A stretch of 64,000 nucleotides of DNA, taken from Cirrosporium novae-zelandiae. Taxonomy: Eukaryota. Positions within the stretch are counted from its first letter, which is position 1; the number at the start of each line of letters is the position of its first letter. Shown here piece after piece: positions 49,870 to 62,564 of the stretch. The notes below the pieces were generated by a model. The model was given only the letters and a program-made list of their open reading frames with translations, was not told the origin of the DNA and made no database searches. The stretch is taken from assembly GCA_026023565.1 (NCBI GenBank), contig JAPETS010000037.1, positions 62,001 through 126,000 of the forward strand, written 5' to 3'. A program made the position numbers and the translations under genes.

Positions 49870-50318
49870 ATTGTTTTGTATACTAAGGGATGACAGGTTA
49901 GAACTCAAGAATCTGGGGATATGAATTTACAGGGGAAGTATTGCAACTGGTGGCGGGTATGGCTCCGCGGATAGCTATCCCCGCACCCCGCATTTCGGCC
50001 AACCCATTTCAACCCTTGGAGAAACAATCCCGCATCGGTCAGTCACCCACTTACCCGGGCATCTCTTCAACGAGCATTGGTAATTGGTGAGTTTTGTTTC
50101 TTTTACTATCTGGATATTCCATGTCTTTTGCTTCATATTCGAATGAGGTTATGTCATTCCGGGGAAGCTATTTCCGTAGAGCTACAAGCTTCGGCCCCTT
50201 CTCCGCCCAGGGCTTTATTTACTGTATAAAGAGACACGATGTTTGTTTTGCCGTTGTCAGATAATTTCATTATTACGGCTCTGGGGGTGTAGGTTTATAT
50301 TTGAATTGACATATCTCA

Positions 50319-51741
50319 ATGGCAAAACCCAAGTTTCATGTCTCTGTTGTGGGTGCGGGTCTTGGGGGTCTGGCAGCAGCTATTGCCATAGCTCGAGGAG
50401 GTCACATCGTTACAATCTTTGAACAAGCACCCATGCTTGCAGAGGTAAGGAATTTCCCTACATTTTAGTTATTTTACCAACCCAGAGTTGACATCTGTTC
50501 TAGGTTGGTGCTGGCATTCAGATCCCTCCAAATACCTCCCGTATCCTCAAACGCTGGAACATCCTTCCTCAAATAGAGAGTTGTGCGGTACGCCCACAAG
50601 ATTTCATCTTTCGGTCTTATCGAGATGGCGCTATTCTATCAACTCAAAATATGGTGCCATATTGCGAGGATCGGTATCATGCACCATATCTGCACATCCA
50701 CCGCGCAGACTACCACGAGGTTCTAGCTAAGCATGCCCGTGAATTGGGTGTTACAATACGCCTTAACTCAGTTGTTGTCTCCATTGATTGGAAAAAGCCT
50801 TCCATCATCACGGATAAAGGACAGGAATTTGTCTCCGACCTTATCATTGCTGCTGATGGACTGAAATCTATTTGTCGACAGCTGCTACTGGGTCATCCGG
50901 ATCCACCTCATCTAACTGGAGATCTTACTTATCGAATCGTCATGAAGACAGAGGATATGAGGAAACATCCAGAGCTCTCCGAGCTTACAGCCAACCCTGC
51001 GATTAATTACTGGATGGGTCCAAATTGCCATGTGGTATGTTATTTATTGAAGGGAGGGGAGCTCTGCAATCTGGTTCTAGCTTGCCCGGACAACCTCCCC
51101 GAGGGCGTGAATGTAGCTGCGGCGAATATTGAAGAGATGAAGGCATTATTCAAGGGCTGGGATCCCCGACTAAGTATTTTACTGGGCATGGTTCAGGAAA
51201 CCCAGAAATGGAAGCTTCAGAACAGCGAAGAGATGAGATTCTGGAGACATCCCAATGGAAAATTTGCTCTGCTGGGTGACGCCTGCCACTCTACATTGCC
51301 ATATCTGTATTACCAGGCCCTTAGATTATTAAAACAAAAGAACATCCACTAACGGCTTACAGTGCACAAGGTGCGGCTCAGGCTGTTGAGGACGGGGCAG
51401 TGCTTGGCTCTCTATTGGAACAGATAGAGCATAAATCACAGCTGCAAGACATCCTCATCATCTACGAAAGACTACGCAAGGAACGAACGACACGTATTGT
51501 TAAAGGCAGCACCGCTTTACGCGAGATATTCCATTATCCCGACGGGGACTTCCAGAAGGAAAGAGACCGACAGCTATTGGAGCAGGAACCGTTTGAAGGA
51601 TATCCCAACCGCTGGGCAGATCCCGTCTTCCAAAAGTTCATGTTCGCATACGATGCGTATGGAGAAGCGGAAAGAGCTTGGAAATTGTATAAGGACGGTA
51701 AATTCCCAGGTACGGCAGGCAAATTTCGAGCGCGGATGTAG
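50319..51741 (+). CDS. FAD-dependent monooxygenase (salicylate-hydroxylase-like), 3 exons
   Basis: VVGAGLGGL, spliced EVGAGIQIPPN, IHRADY, DLIIAADG, LLGDACH...PYL|AQGAAQAVEDG. Confidence 0.93.
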
Positions 51742-52448
51742 GGCTAAGAATCTGCAATCTGCATCCCTCAACCAAGTATATGCCTTTGATGGCAAACCTC
51801 GGTGCTTTTCTGCTCTGACATAGTAGTCTGTACCGACCCCTAATGGTTATCTCTTATCTATAGAAGAACGCTGGGTGAGGGTGGGGCTCATATAACCGAC
51901 TCCTACGGCAGCTTCTTATTAATATTAACGAGCTGAAAAGGATGATGTGCGCTGATAGATTATCAAATTTCAAAAACCATCAACTCGATTGATTTATCCT
52001 ATTCCAAGAGATTTAGCCAGAGAGAAAATTCGATTAAGAGCCAGACGATACTCGTCATCAACCCGTTACTTAGCTTTAATGTACAGTACAGTACGAAGGC
52101 CGAATAGTTTTGGTATTAAACAAACATAATACTCAGGAACCATTCAAAAGAAACGTCGACTGTGATAATATAATATTGAAATGAGCATTCACGAAAGGAC
52201 GATGCGTGCCAGCATATTCTAAACCCAAAACTTCGGGACTATGATTGTACACGAACAGAGCTTTGATATGTAAGATATTACATATAACCATTATAGCAGA
52301 TTGCAGATAGGCAGTCCATCTGTCCACCCTCCCTCTCTCTGTACTGGATAGAGGATTCGAAGACAAAGTCTCACCCAGTCAGCCTGTAGTTAACTACCTA
52401 GGTATGACTAGAATGGACCGCTATACGAACCACACAACAGCATCAACA

Positions 52449-52685
52449 CGCTGTGCTGGCAACCCCGAGCGCCCTCACACCACGGGCGTTTCACCCTACC
52501 CAGTCCAGAATATTTATCCCATCCCATTTGCATCGCAGCCCCAAAATCAAAACATCGGTAGCACAACACAGCAAAAAACACGGCAGTTCAGCCTCGGTCA
52601 ATGATCGCACGCAGGACAAAGCATTCAACACCAAACCAAGCGTAGAGAACGAACGAAAACAGCTGGACGCTAGCTTACTATGGCT
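52449..52685 (-). ncRNA. Candidate box H/ACA snoRNA (snR42-like, possible guide for 25S rRNA psi2975); 5' end uncertain
   Basis: Minus-strand hairpin CTGG...GTAGGGTGAAAC-GCCC-loop-GGGC-GCTCGGGGTTGCCAG-C-ACA-GCG; ACA 16 nt from the pocket top; 12-nt complement to conserved 25S GUUUUACCCUAC. No strict ANANNA H box found. Confidence 0.5.
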
Positions 52686-55600
52686 AAGCTAGTGATCACG
52701 AAAAGCCTTTTAGATAGCTAACAGTGACAACTATTTGCTTGTTTTGTTGTCTTGGGATACACCGCCGGCCTGCCCTACCTAGGTACCTACAACGATCGCA
52801 CGTACGCAATATGGTGTTATCCAAGAAATACATCAAGACTATGATTGGCTACCCTAATCAAAGACATTCCAACGAAGCAGCAAAGAAGCCAGGGAAGGGA
52901 GTAAACAATTACGCAAAAGAAAAACAACGACCTATCCTCCTTCCTCTTTTCCCACAATCCTCAAAACAAAACCCAGCATAAACTACCTACCTATTCCATC
53001 CCCTCACCCCTCCAAGAACCAGGTTCTAAAAAAACCTCCCAAAACCAAAAAACCAAAAAAATTTGCACCCCATAGCTATACCTACCTATAAGTTTAGCTA
53101 CAGTAGCCACCTAGACCCTTGACCCTAGGACCATCAACCCTAGAACCCAGCAAGCGTCCCGAATCCAGAGTCCAAAGAAAAGCAATTAAGAGTTTCTGCA
53201 ATATCTCCACGCGGAGATACAACATCGGTTCGGGAAATGATACTCCGATCACCGTTAGTCACCCCCGGCGCTTGGTTTTCTTATTGTCGATCATTTCCTT
53301 TCGGGTACTGCCGATTTTGGCTCCCCCCGAATCCCGGTTGGCGGAAACTAATTTAGGATTGTTTTTTCTTTTTAGTTGAAGGAGAAGGAGGAGTCTGTAT
53401 CGGTTGGTTGGATGGATTGGAGGAAGGAAAACCCCTGGAATTTAGGTTTCTTTGGTTTAACGTTTTATGGTGGAAGTACCTAAGGTAGGTTACTGAGATA
53501 TCTATTCGCCCACCACCATTACCTATCGAAGAGGGAAAGACAGACGGACAAAAAGAGAGAGCATAGACACATACGCACAACCACCACTACTTATTAGCCA
53601 AATAACGTAACTCCAGCGTATACACTTAGTACGGCTTATAACCCAACCACTCTACTCTACTCTACTCCAAAAAGGGTCGATAAACGAAACAGATTTCCGC
53701 TTAGCGTATCGTAGTACTAAGTAATTAGTTGCAAATAAAAAAAAAACCAGTCGGGTCCCTTTCTTAATTATTATTGAGAGTTCTTCTTGATAATTATGGA
53801 AAGTTAATTACAAGTTAACTATTTCGAGTCGTTTAAGCGACAGAGGACGGACGGGTTATCGATATAAGTTTGTAATGTGTCGTATTTTATTTTATTTTAC
53901 GGTTGTTTGGTTAACTACCTAGGTACCTAGGTTGGTAAAAAAGGAATTAATTAATTACGTTATCATGATAATGATGGCTGCCGCGGCGAGCGGGATATCT
54001 ATATAAAGCTGAAGTTTAGGCTGGTTGGCTTCATGGCTTGAGAGTTGTCTCTTGGGTGTATTGTGGTTAATTAGTTATACTCTGTACTGCTGTGTAAGTA
54101 GAGAGAGAGAGAGAGAGAGTATGGAGCATATATATATGTTTTACCCCACAGTCTAGTTTCTTTTTCTTTTTCTGTTTTAAGAATTGTCACTAATTAGTGT
54201 GTGTTGCGTTGGTGTTTGTAATTATAAGTTATAACTCCTATCCACTTTTTTCTATTAATATATAATAAATAGTATACCATTTGTTCAAGGTAATTACTAC
54301 TGATTGGATAAACATATTCTTTCCCCTTTTGGGGATTTGTGTGTGTGTTGTCTGTAATGATATATATATATATATATATATAACTGGCTGGCTACTATCT
54401 TTCCTTGCCTTTCAACCTATAAATCCCCTCCTCGGTATAGTGACTGTAAGATTGAATCAAGGTAAAGAAAGGTATTTATGAAAAAATAAAGGGGGGTCGA
54501 TGATAATGATATGATATATTTAACTTGTGTCATGGTGATGGACGAAACAACAACACGACCTGCGATGGGCCGATTCTGATAAGATAATTATAATTACCCA
54601 ATCCCCCCCACACGTCCGTTGCCAGCTAAGAATGGGGGGGGGGTGCTTATATGTAGCTTTCTAGGTGATACTTCATAGTTATATCTAGCTTAGTGTAGCT
54701 TGTTTGCCTTCATGCCGTTAGAACTTGGAAGGAACAACGAAGTTAAATTTATGTTGGCGGTTTAGATAGCTTATAATTATTGCATCTTGGCTTCTGTACT
54801 ATGTATGATATTAGTAATGTACATAACGTAAAATACATATATATCACTGACCTTTCACCAGAATAAGAAAACTAAACTCTTCATAAGATAGGTAAATGTA
54901 TGACGAAGAAAGAGAGAGGCACGGAGGTAATTAAGAACAAACACCCTTCTTCTTCTTGCTAAGTTAGTAAAAGAAAGAGATGACGACGATGATGCAACCT
55001 CGATCAATGATGTAAGTATAGTAGGACCAAACTAATACATACCACATCCATAGATAACTCGTAAGAAGTTTCAACATTCTTTTTCTATGCTTCAAACTTC
55101 ATCTTTCCTCCGATTCGCCCAAACTACCCCTCCCAACCCCAAATCCTTAATAAAAAATCCCCCAAAGCATCAGAAACAGACGGACCCAAAAGAGGCAAAA
55201 AAAATTTGTGTTTCTCGAGTCCGTTCTGGGGTTAGGTTTAAGGTACCTTACCTTAGTTTAGTTAAGTTAAAAAGGGACAGTAAATCGGGAACCAAAGCAA
55301 AAGCTGGCTGCAGGAAACAAGTGGGGCTTTGCTTGGGGCGGAGCGGGCCAAGGTTTGTTATTGGCACCGGAGCAAAAAAAATGATCGACAGAAGTTTGGT
55401 GTTATCGGAGCTATATTCCCGGTTTCCTTTATTTATTTTAAATTTTTTTTCTTTTTTTTAGGTATCATTGCCGCGTTTTTCTTCTCTTCTCTTCTTTCTT
55501 ACAAATTGAAAATGAATTTTTGAATGAGAGTGATGGAAAACTTATTTCGTTGCGGGGGGAATGGGTGAAGAGTCATGGCTCTTTCTTTTTTCTTCTTGGG

Positions 55601-56066
55601 TTTTCTTTTCATCAAGTAGTTATTTATTGTTGTCAATTGTGTTAGTGGTGATGATTGACTTGGTTGACTTGATTGATCTGATTGTGTGGGGGAGAGAGGT
55701 GGGTTCCTTGAAAGGAGGGATCATTGTTTGGTCCGAAATGATTGTTTTCCGATTGGATTGGTTTGGTAAGTATGTAATGGAATGAGCTTCATTAGTCTGA
55801 AGAAGGACGATCACGTTTATTGTGGGATCCCCTTGACTGTTTGTAAATCTGTAGAAACGAAGCTGGTAAGCTTACCCCCTTTCTCTAGCCTCTGCTACTG
55901 GTCGATCTGGATATAAATATCTGGTCATATCCAGGAACATTCCTTGTCCCCTCTTCTATTGAAGCAGCAGGAACTTTGAGTTTATATATATATTCGCTTC
56001 TTTCCACCACCTCTCCAATTTTAGCCTGCCCAGGGCTCGTATATACCGTCATTTTTTCTTGCCAAG

Positions 56067-56778
56067 ATGAAGCTCTCAATGAATTTTGTCTTCTTCTTCT
56101 TCACTCTGTTCCTCCGTGCCTTCGGTGCAAACTCGACCAATTATCTTGGAAGCACGCCTGCTCAACGTCATGTCATCAACTTGACCCAAGCCCAGGCCAT
56201 CATTACGGCCGCCATGGCACAGGCTGTCATCACTGGGGTATGTTTTTTTTTTTTTACCTTCTTTGAGCTTTCGTAGCAAATGCGGGGCTTGAGCCTAGAA
56301 GAGGCGTTCGTTGTGTGAAATATCACCTGCTAACATGGTACCTTTTCTTATTAGTCTCCATCCAACATTGCCATCTGCGATCCTTCAGGCTACTTGGTCG
56401 CATTCGCGAAGATGGACAATGCGTTTTTGGGCAGCACCGACATTAGTATCAAGAAGGCCAAGACCGTCAGGTAAGTCGTGTTTGTAGGATTTCCGTTGTT
56501 GTCAATTGTGCTATATGCTAACGTCCATTCTTTTTCACCATGATAGTCTTTTCAACGGAGCATACACCACAGCTGATCTCATGGACCTAGTCCAGCCCGG
56601 CGCTTTGTTCTATGGAATTGAGGAAACAAACGGTGTCCTCGTCGTTTTCGGTGGAGGTGTCCCCGTTTACGTCAACGGATATTTCATTGGAAGTGTTGGT
56701 GTCAGCGGCGGAACTGCAGACCAGGATGCTACTGTCGCAACTGCAGGTGCAAAGGCTATCGGAACACTTTCGCTATAA
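56067..56778 (+). CDS. Secreted GlcG/HbpS-like (DUF336, haem-degrading family) protein, 3 exons
   Basis: Signal-peptide-like N-terminus; NIAICDPSGYLVAFAKMDNAFLGSTDISIKKAKT; FGGGVPV...IGSVGVSGGTADQD. Confidence 0.88.
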
Positions 56779-57661
56779 TTGATAGGTCTTCTATAATTTT
56801 TAGGAGGGTAGCGATTTGGTGGAAAGCATTTGGAGCGTCACTGCAGGGAGTTGGTGGGACTCATTGAAAGTGGAAAAGATGTTTAAATATATTCATGGGT
56901 AGAACTACTGTAAATATCAATGCCATGAAACAAAAGTTTTCCACAATATATCATCATGGCCGTCCGAAACGAAGATCGAATTTGTCAGTTCTGACGAGGT
57001 GGGGGTTTAACGTGAAGCGTGATACTCCGAGTAAAGTTTGGATTCCATGTGGTTCTATATATTGAATAATTCAAATCCTTATCATCTCGAAGCATAAGGG
57101 TTCATAAGATCCTTTGATCCGTTTCCTTGAAACGGATGCTCAAAGAAACGTCTTGTACGTTTTTATGGACATTCATGGCTTGCCACGACCCCAGTGGCCT
57201 TCTTAAAAAGCTACCGCCTGTGAGCAGGAGCTGATATATACGGGACAGTCAAATGATTAATGCTAGTTTCTTATCCTAGACTATCACAAATCATTTCAGC
57301 AGAAAAAGGGCTATATATCATCTACATAAACTCGGCGCCATTTGTTCTCATGAGTATTATACCCGAGACTCATTCATAGCTCCATAACCTCCCAGCGTTA
57401 CACGTATCTATGTACCAATGTACCACTCCGATTTCGGAAGTCTCGACATCTTCCTAAGTGCTTTGTAGGATTTACGCATTTAGTTGAACTTGAGGGGTGG
57501 AGGGGTTGCTGGATCTCACGTCATTCAGGAGCGGAGAAGTGTATATAAATGGCGGCTAGAGAGGTCCATTCCCAGAAAAGTCTCAAGGTCCAAGAGAAAT
57601 ATTAACAATATTGAAAACGGGAGACTCTTTATAACTTATATGCGTCATTATATCTCAAATT

Positions 57662-58744
57662 ATGTCATCCAGTGAACGCGAAATGCATCCCGCCACTAAA
57701 TTGGGAGAATGGATCAATGATTCCGAGAAAATCGTTCTACCCGGAGCCTTTGATGGGTTTTCGGCACGCTTGACTCTCCGAGTGAGGTTCGATGCCATGT
57801 ATATGGTCAGTAGTGGCTATTTTCCAGCGAAGAAAGCTAAGTTTCACTTCACTTCACAGGCATTCATCTGGCCACGTTGCTCCGTTAGATATATTTCATA
57901 AATTGCTTACCAAAATAACTGACTGTCGTATATAGGAAGGCTTAGATGTTAGCGCATCTCACCTTGGGCGCGCTGATATTGGAATCGCATCACTAGCGGA
58001 TATGCGAGCTCATGCTGAAATGATTGCGAATCTAGATCCTACTGCCCCCCCTGATAGCGGATATGAATACAGGATATGGAGGTCTGTGACATGCTCTTCG
58101 GCTACTCTCAAACCATATTGATGCTTTCTCTAGGCTCGACAATGATCATCCACAGTGTGGAGGAGTACATCAGATCAGAGGTATCTGGATTCCACATCGA
58201 GGATCAAGTCCAGTAAAAGCGGTGTGGGCATCTCAAAGGAAAACAGCTTGTTTCCCTTGATGAATATCTAACCCGAATCCGTTCTGCTGTTCATGTTCGG
58301 GAGAAGCACCACAGTGATATTGTTATCATTGCTTGCACTGATGCTCTACAATCATTTGGCTATGACGATGCCATTAAGCGTCTGAAGGCTGCCAGAAACG
58401 CCGGCGCAGACGTGGGTTTCTTTGAGGGGATTATGAGTAAGGAGATGGCAGCATAAGCTATACAGGATATGTATCCCTTTCCAATGTTATTGAATATGCC
58501 TGAGCAAGGAACGACCCCCATGATCTCGGTACAAGAAGCCAAGGAAATGGGGGTTCAGCATCATAATTTTCCCTTTTGTAGCTGTGTGGGGGCTTATGGC
58601 AGTATGAAGGGGATGCTGAAGAGACTTAAGACTAAAGGAGTGACAAGGACTAATCCAGAACGTACGGTAGAAAAGTCCTTCAATCTCTGCGGGTTGAAAA
58701 CCCTGATGAAAGTCGATCGTGCTATAGGGGGAACAACATTTTGA
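57662..58744 (+). pseudogene. Pseudogene of the ICL/PEP-mutase family (oxaloacetate acetylhydrolase / 2,3-dimethylmalate lyase-like)
   Basis: PGAFDGFSAR, LIADMNTGYG, FHIEDQVQ*KRCGHLKGK; stops at 58214-58216 and 58454-58456; frameshifts at C7 58045-58051 and G5 58549-58553. Confidence 0.88.
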
Positions 58745-59056
58745 AGGTGACGACAGAGCTTCTTATCGCAAATATATTTGTAGTAATCCCTTTCTAGCTA
58801 TATATGCGTAGCTCCAATTAAAGTGAAGATTTAGATATGTTTTTCAACAAGTTGAATTCTAGGAACGAACGTTATTAGATTTTGTGGGCCGAGGATGAAG
58901 AAGAAAAAGAAGAAAAGAAGAAAAATGCACGTACCACCCATGCCACCATCCAACGTCTTGGCAGGTACCTCAAGCTTATCGATTAGCATCATATACCTTT
59001 CTATTGAATTTACCTCCCCACACCAACACCATAACCACTTTCAAGCTCCTTCCAAC

Positions 59057-61561
59057 ATGGTTTGCCCTCATATTGATGCTCTTAGTCCTCCTGGGCCTAA
59101 TCAACATGTATACCGCGAAGACTGTACTCAGTGTTTTGACTCTATCGACGATTCCGCTGGGCTTGATGTTTGTTTGAGTTGTTGGAACGGTGGTTGTGCG
59201 GGTGAGCGCAATCATTCCAAGCTCCATAATGAGCGCACCGGTCATTCCTTGGTACTTAACATTAAGAGGAAGAGAAAGCAGGTTCAGGCAAGTCAACCAT
59301 TACTAGTACGGGAAACACTATGTCTAACAAGAAGATGCGATACCAGCGCGACGAACCTCCACAGAAGATTTCAAAACTTGCCATCGCAGCAGAGACAGAA
59401 GAAGACCGCTATGATACGACTACTGAGGTACGATGCTATAAGTGCCAACTAGAGGGCATTGACAAGTCGTTGGGGAAGCTATCAGAGGTAGTGGACGGTG
59501 TTATGAAAGCGATGACCTTTTCCCGAAAAGAAGAGGTCAAGGCATGGGAACAGGAGATCACTCCATGCGAGCATACTTTGTGTTTATCTCAGGAGGAGAG
59601 TCGAAAAATTGCTTCCCAAGGTACGATCTCATTCGTATGTTTCAGAGGTTTGTGCTAATCTACAAAGATCTTGGACATTGCTCCATGTGTGATCTCAAGG
59701 AAAACCTTTGGCTCTGTCTGACCTGTGGAAATCTGGGTTGTGGAAGAGCACAGTTCGGTGGAGTGGGGGGAAACTCCCACGGCTTAGCCCATACCGATGC
59801 TACACATCATCCCGTGGCTGTGAAGCTTGGTTCGCTTACCCCAGATGGCACGGCTGATATTTACTGCTATGCTTGCAACGATGAACGAACAGACCCAGAA
59901 CTGGCTGCTCATCTTGCCCATTGGGGAATCAATATTGCTGAGAGGGAAAAGACGGAGAAGAGTCTTACGGAGATGCAAATAGAACAAAATTTGCGATGGG
60001 AATTTTCCATGACATCGGAAGATGGAACACAACTAAAGCCTATATTCGGCCCTGGTCTTACGGGGCTGAAAAATTTGGGGAACAGTTGCTATTTGGCAAG
60101 CATAATTCAATGTCTATTCTCACTCCCAGCATTCCAACAGCGCTATTATTTCCCTAATCAACAGCCACCGAATGTTGAATACCCGGCCGAGGATTTGGAG
60201 ACTCAGCTCCGAAAGCTAGCTGATGGTCTCCTCTCTGGAAGATATTCATATCCAGACCGTGACGTCCACGTGTCTGAAGAAACCCCAGAAGTGCCTCACC
60301 AAAAAGGCGTAGCACCAGCAATGTTCAAGCACCTTATTGGCCGTGGACATGAGGAGTTCTCCACGATGCGTCAGCAGGATTCTTTCGAGTTCTTCTTGCA
60401 CCTACTAAAGAAAATTAGTCTCTCCAAACATAACGATGGCCTGGAAGATCCCGTCAAGTCATTTCGATTTGTCATGGAGCAACGTCTGCAATGTCTGAAT
60501 TGCAAGAAGGTTCGCTATAGCACTGACGAACAGGACAATATATCCGTTCCCGTCCCGGTCCGAAGGATACCAAAGAAAGCCCCAGAAGATGAAACGGAGA
60601 AGCAGGAATTCGAGCCTGTAACGCTGAAAGAATGTCTTGATATCTTTACTGGTTTAGAGCAAGTGGAGCTGAAATGCGCTTCTTGTGGGGCTAACTCATT
60701 CTCTAAACAAAGTCTCTTCAAAACTTTCCCTCAAACTCTCGCCGTGAATGCGCGTCGCTTTGAACTTGTTAATTGGGTTCCTACCAAATTGGATGTTCCA
60801 GTAATAGTAGGCGACGAGCCTTTCTCCATGGATTCCTACCTCTCGCATGGTCTTCAAGGTAATGAGGAACTTCTCCCCGAAGATGCGCCCCAGTCTCAGC
60901 CAGCATTCGTACCCAATGAACTCGCCCTTTCTCAACTTGAGGCTATGGGCTTCCCTCGCCCTCGTTGCGAGAAAGCACTTCACGCCACTGGGAACAATGA
61001 TGCGGAGGCCGCTATGAATTGGTTATTCGGCCACATGGATGATCCTGATATCGATGCTCCTCTCAACCTAAGTGGTGGAGATAATGTGTCAAAGCTCTCA
61101 ACGGTTGATGAAGCCAGTGTAGCGCAACTAGGAGAAATGGGAATATTGCCTGCACAGGCACGCAAAGCACTAACGGAGACTGGGGGGGATATGGAGAGGG
61201 CTGTTGATTGGGTGTTTAGTCATCCAGATGACCTAGGCGATGAAGAAGGTGGTGTGAATCCCCAGACTGATAATACTCCTCCAGGAAGCTCGGAGCTACC
61301 AGCTAAATTCCGGCTACAAAGTATTGTCTGTCATAAAGGAACCTCTATTCATGCCGGGTAGGTTCTTCAGGTCTTGGATAACCATCAAATGACGACTAAT
61401 AATTTAATAGGCACTACGTAGCATTTATTCGTAAGGACATCCCGGGAGAAGAAGGAACCTCATGGGTCCTATTCAACGATGAAAAGGTGGTCAAAGGAGC
61501 AGACGCGGAGGAGATGAAGCGCTTTGCATATGTGTACTTTTTTCAGCATCTACAGAATTGA
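59057..61561 (+). CDS. UBP14: Ubiquitin carboxyl-terminal hydrolase 14 (USP5/13 family), 4 exons
   Basis: YREDCTQCFD, zf-UBP (LWLCLTCGNLGCGR), GLKNLGNSCYL, QQDSFEF, two UBA domains, HKGTSIHAG|HYVAF, FNDEKV. Confidence 0.95.
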
Positions 61562-61730
61562 ACCTCCTAGAGCTATTACGTCGAGCTAATCATTCTAAAA
61601 TATTACTCGGTTTGCGTAAAGCTTTGGCCGGGCAACAATCCACAGCGTTTTAAGAAATAGCTAGAAATGGATCACTAAGAATTGATCCCACCCCGAAACT
61701 TTCTAGAATAGTCCTACAGTGCAATACAAT

Positions 61731-62564
61731 CTATAAACGGCCGGCCTCTATCCAGGCTATCCAATCACCCCCAATCATATTAGCAACATTTAAGGCAGTA
61801 AGACCATCTGAATCTTTTAGCTCTCTTATATCGGAGCTTCCAGGCTGGCAGTGCCTTTGGACGCCCATACCCTGGGCTAGCTGCATGAGGTCAGGAGGAA
61901 ATGCTGCCGTATCTAAATTTGAAGCCATCCATAGCAAAAGCCACGCAGTATCGAACTGGTTATTTATAACTGCCAGATGAAGTCCAGATCGCATGCCGCC
62001 AATTGCGTCTTGATATCTTAGAATGTCTGGAGTATGTATATGATTTTGCTCCTCCTCTTCCTCGTCATCATGAAGTACCCCTATTATAGCTTCAACATCA
62101 CCGTTCTTGCAGTATTCTAGGAAGGCGCGACATTTGCGCTCATCAGGATAAGCTTTCAGATAGGCCTCTTCTCTGAGTTCGGGGAGTATATCCAAATTTT
62201 CTTGAAGTCCGCCTTCATTTTGGAGGGTACATAAAAGTTGCTCTTCTCCTTTTTCATTCATGGTTGCTAGGGACTTGAAACATTTAGGGCATTCTGTTAC
62301 AGTGTAGGCTTCAATAAGACACTCCCTAGAATCAAAGAGGAATCAGTAAGTATTCTCGTGCAGTACAAGAGGCAATGTAGCATGATGGGAGCAAAAGAAA
62401 TAATCAACTCACCAATGAAAATGACACCCACATGGAAGGCACACATCGTCGGGTACAATCTCTTGTTGCGAAGAGCTTGGCCCGGGACCTTGATCTATTT
62501 CATTATCGCTGTCTGGCTCAACCTCAAAGACCAATGGCTTTTCACAAGCCGCGCAAACAGCCAT
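61731..62564 (-). CDS. Conserved hypothetical protein with RING-like zinc finger and ankyrin-like C-terminus, 2 exons
   Basis: CAAC...LPCGCHFHW|ECLIEAYTVTECPKC; SGLHLAV and DGLTALNVA. Confidence 0.8.

Noticed and set aside
52000..55900. Telomerase RNA in the long intergenic gap
   Set aside because: No TAACCCTAA-type template found on either strand; only partial CCCTA motifs.
56958..57010. Hammerhead-ribozyme-like order GAAAC...GTC...CTGACGA
   Set aside because: Only 4 nt separate GTC and CTGACGA, so stem I cannot form, and stem II pairing is poor.
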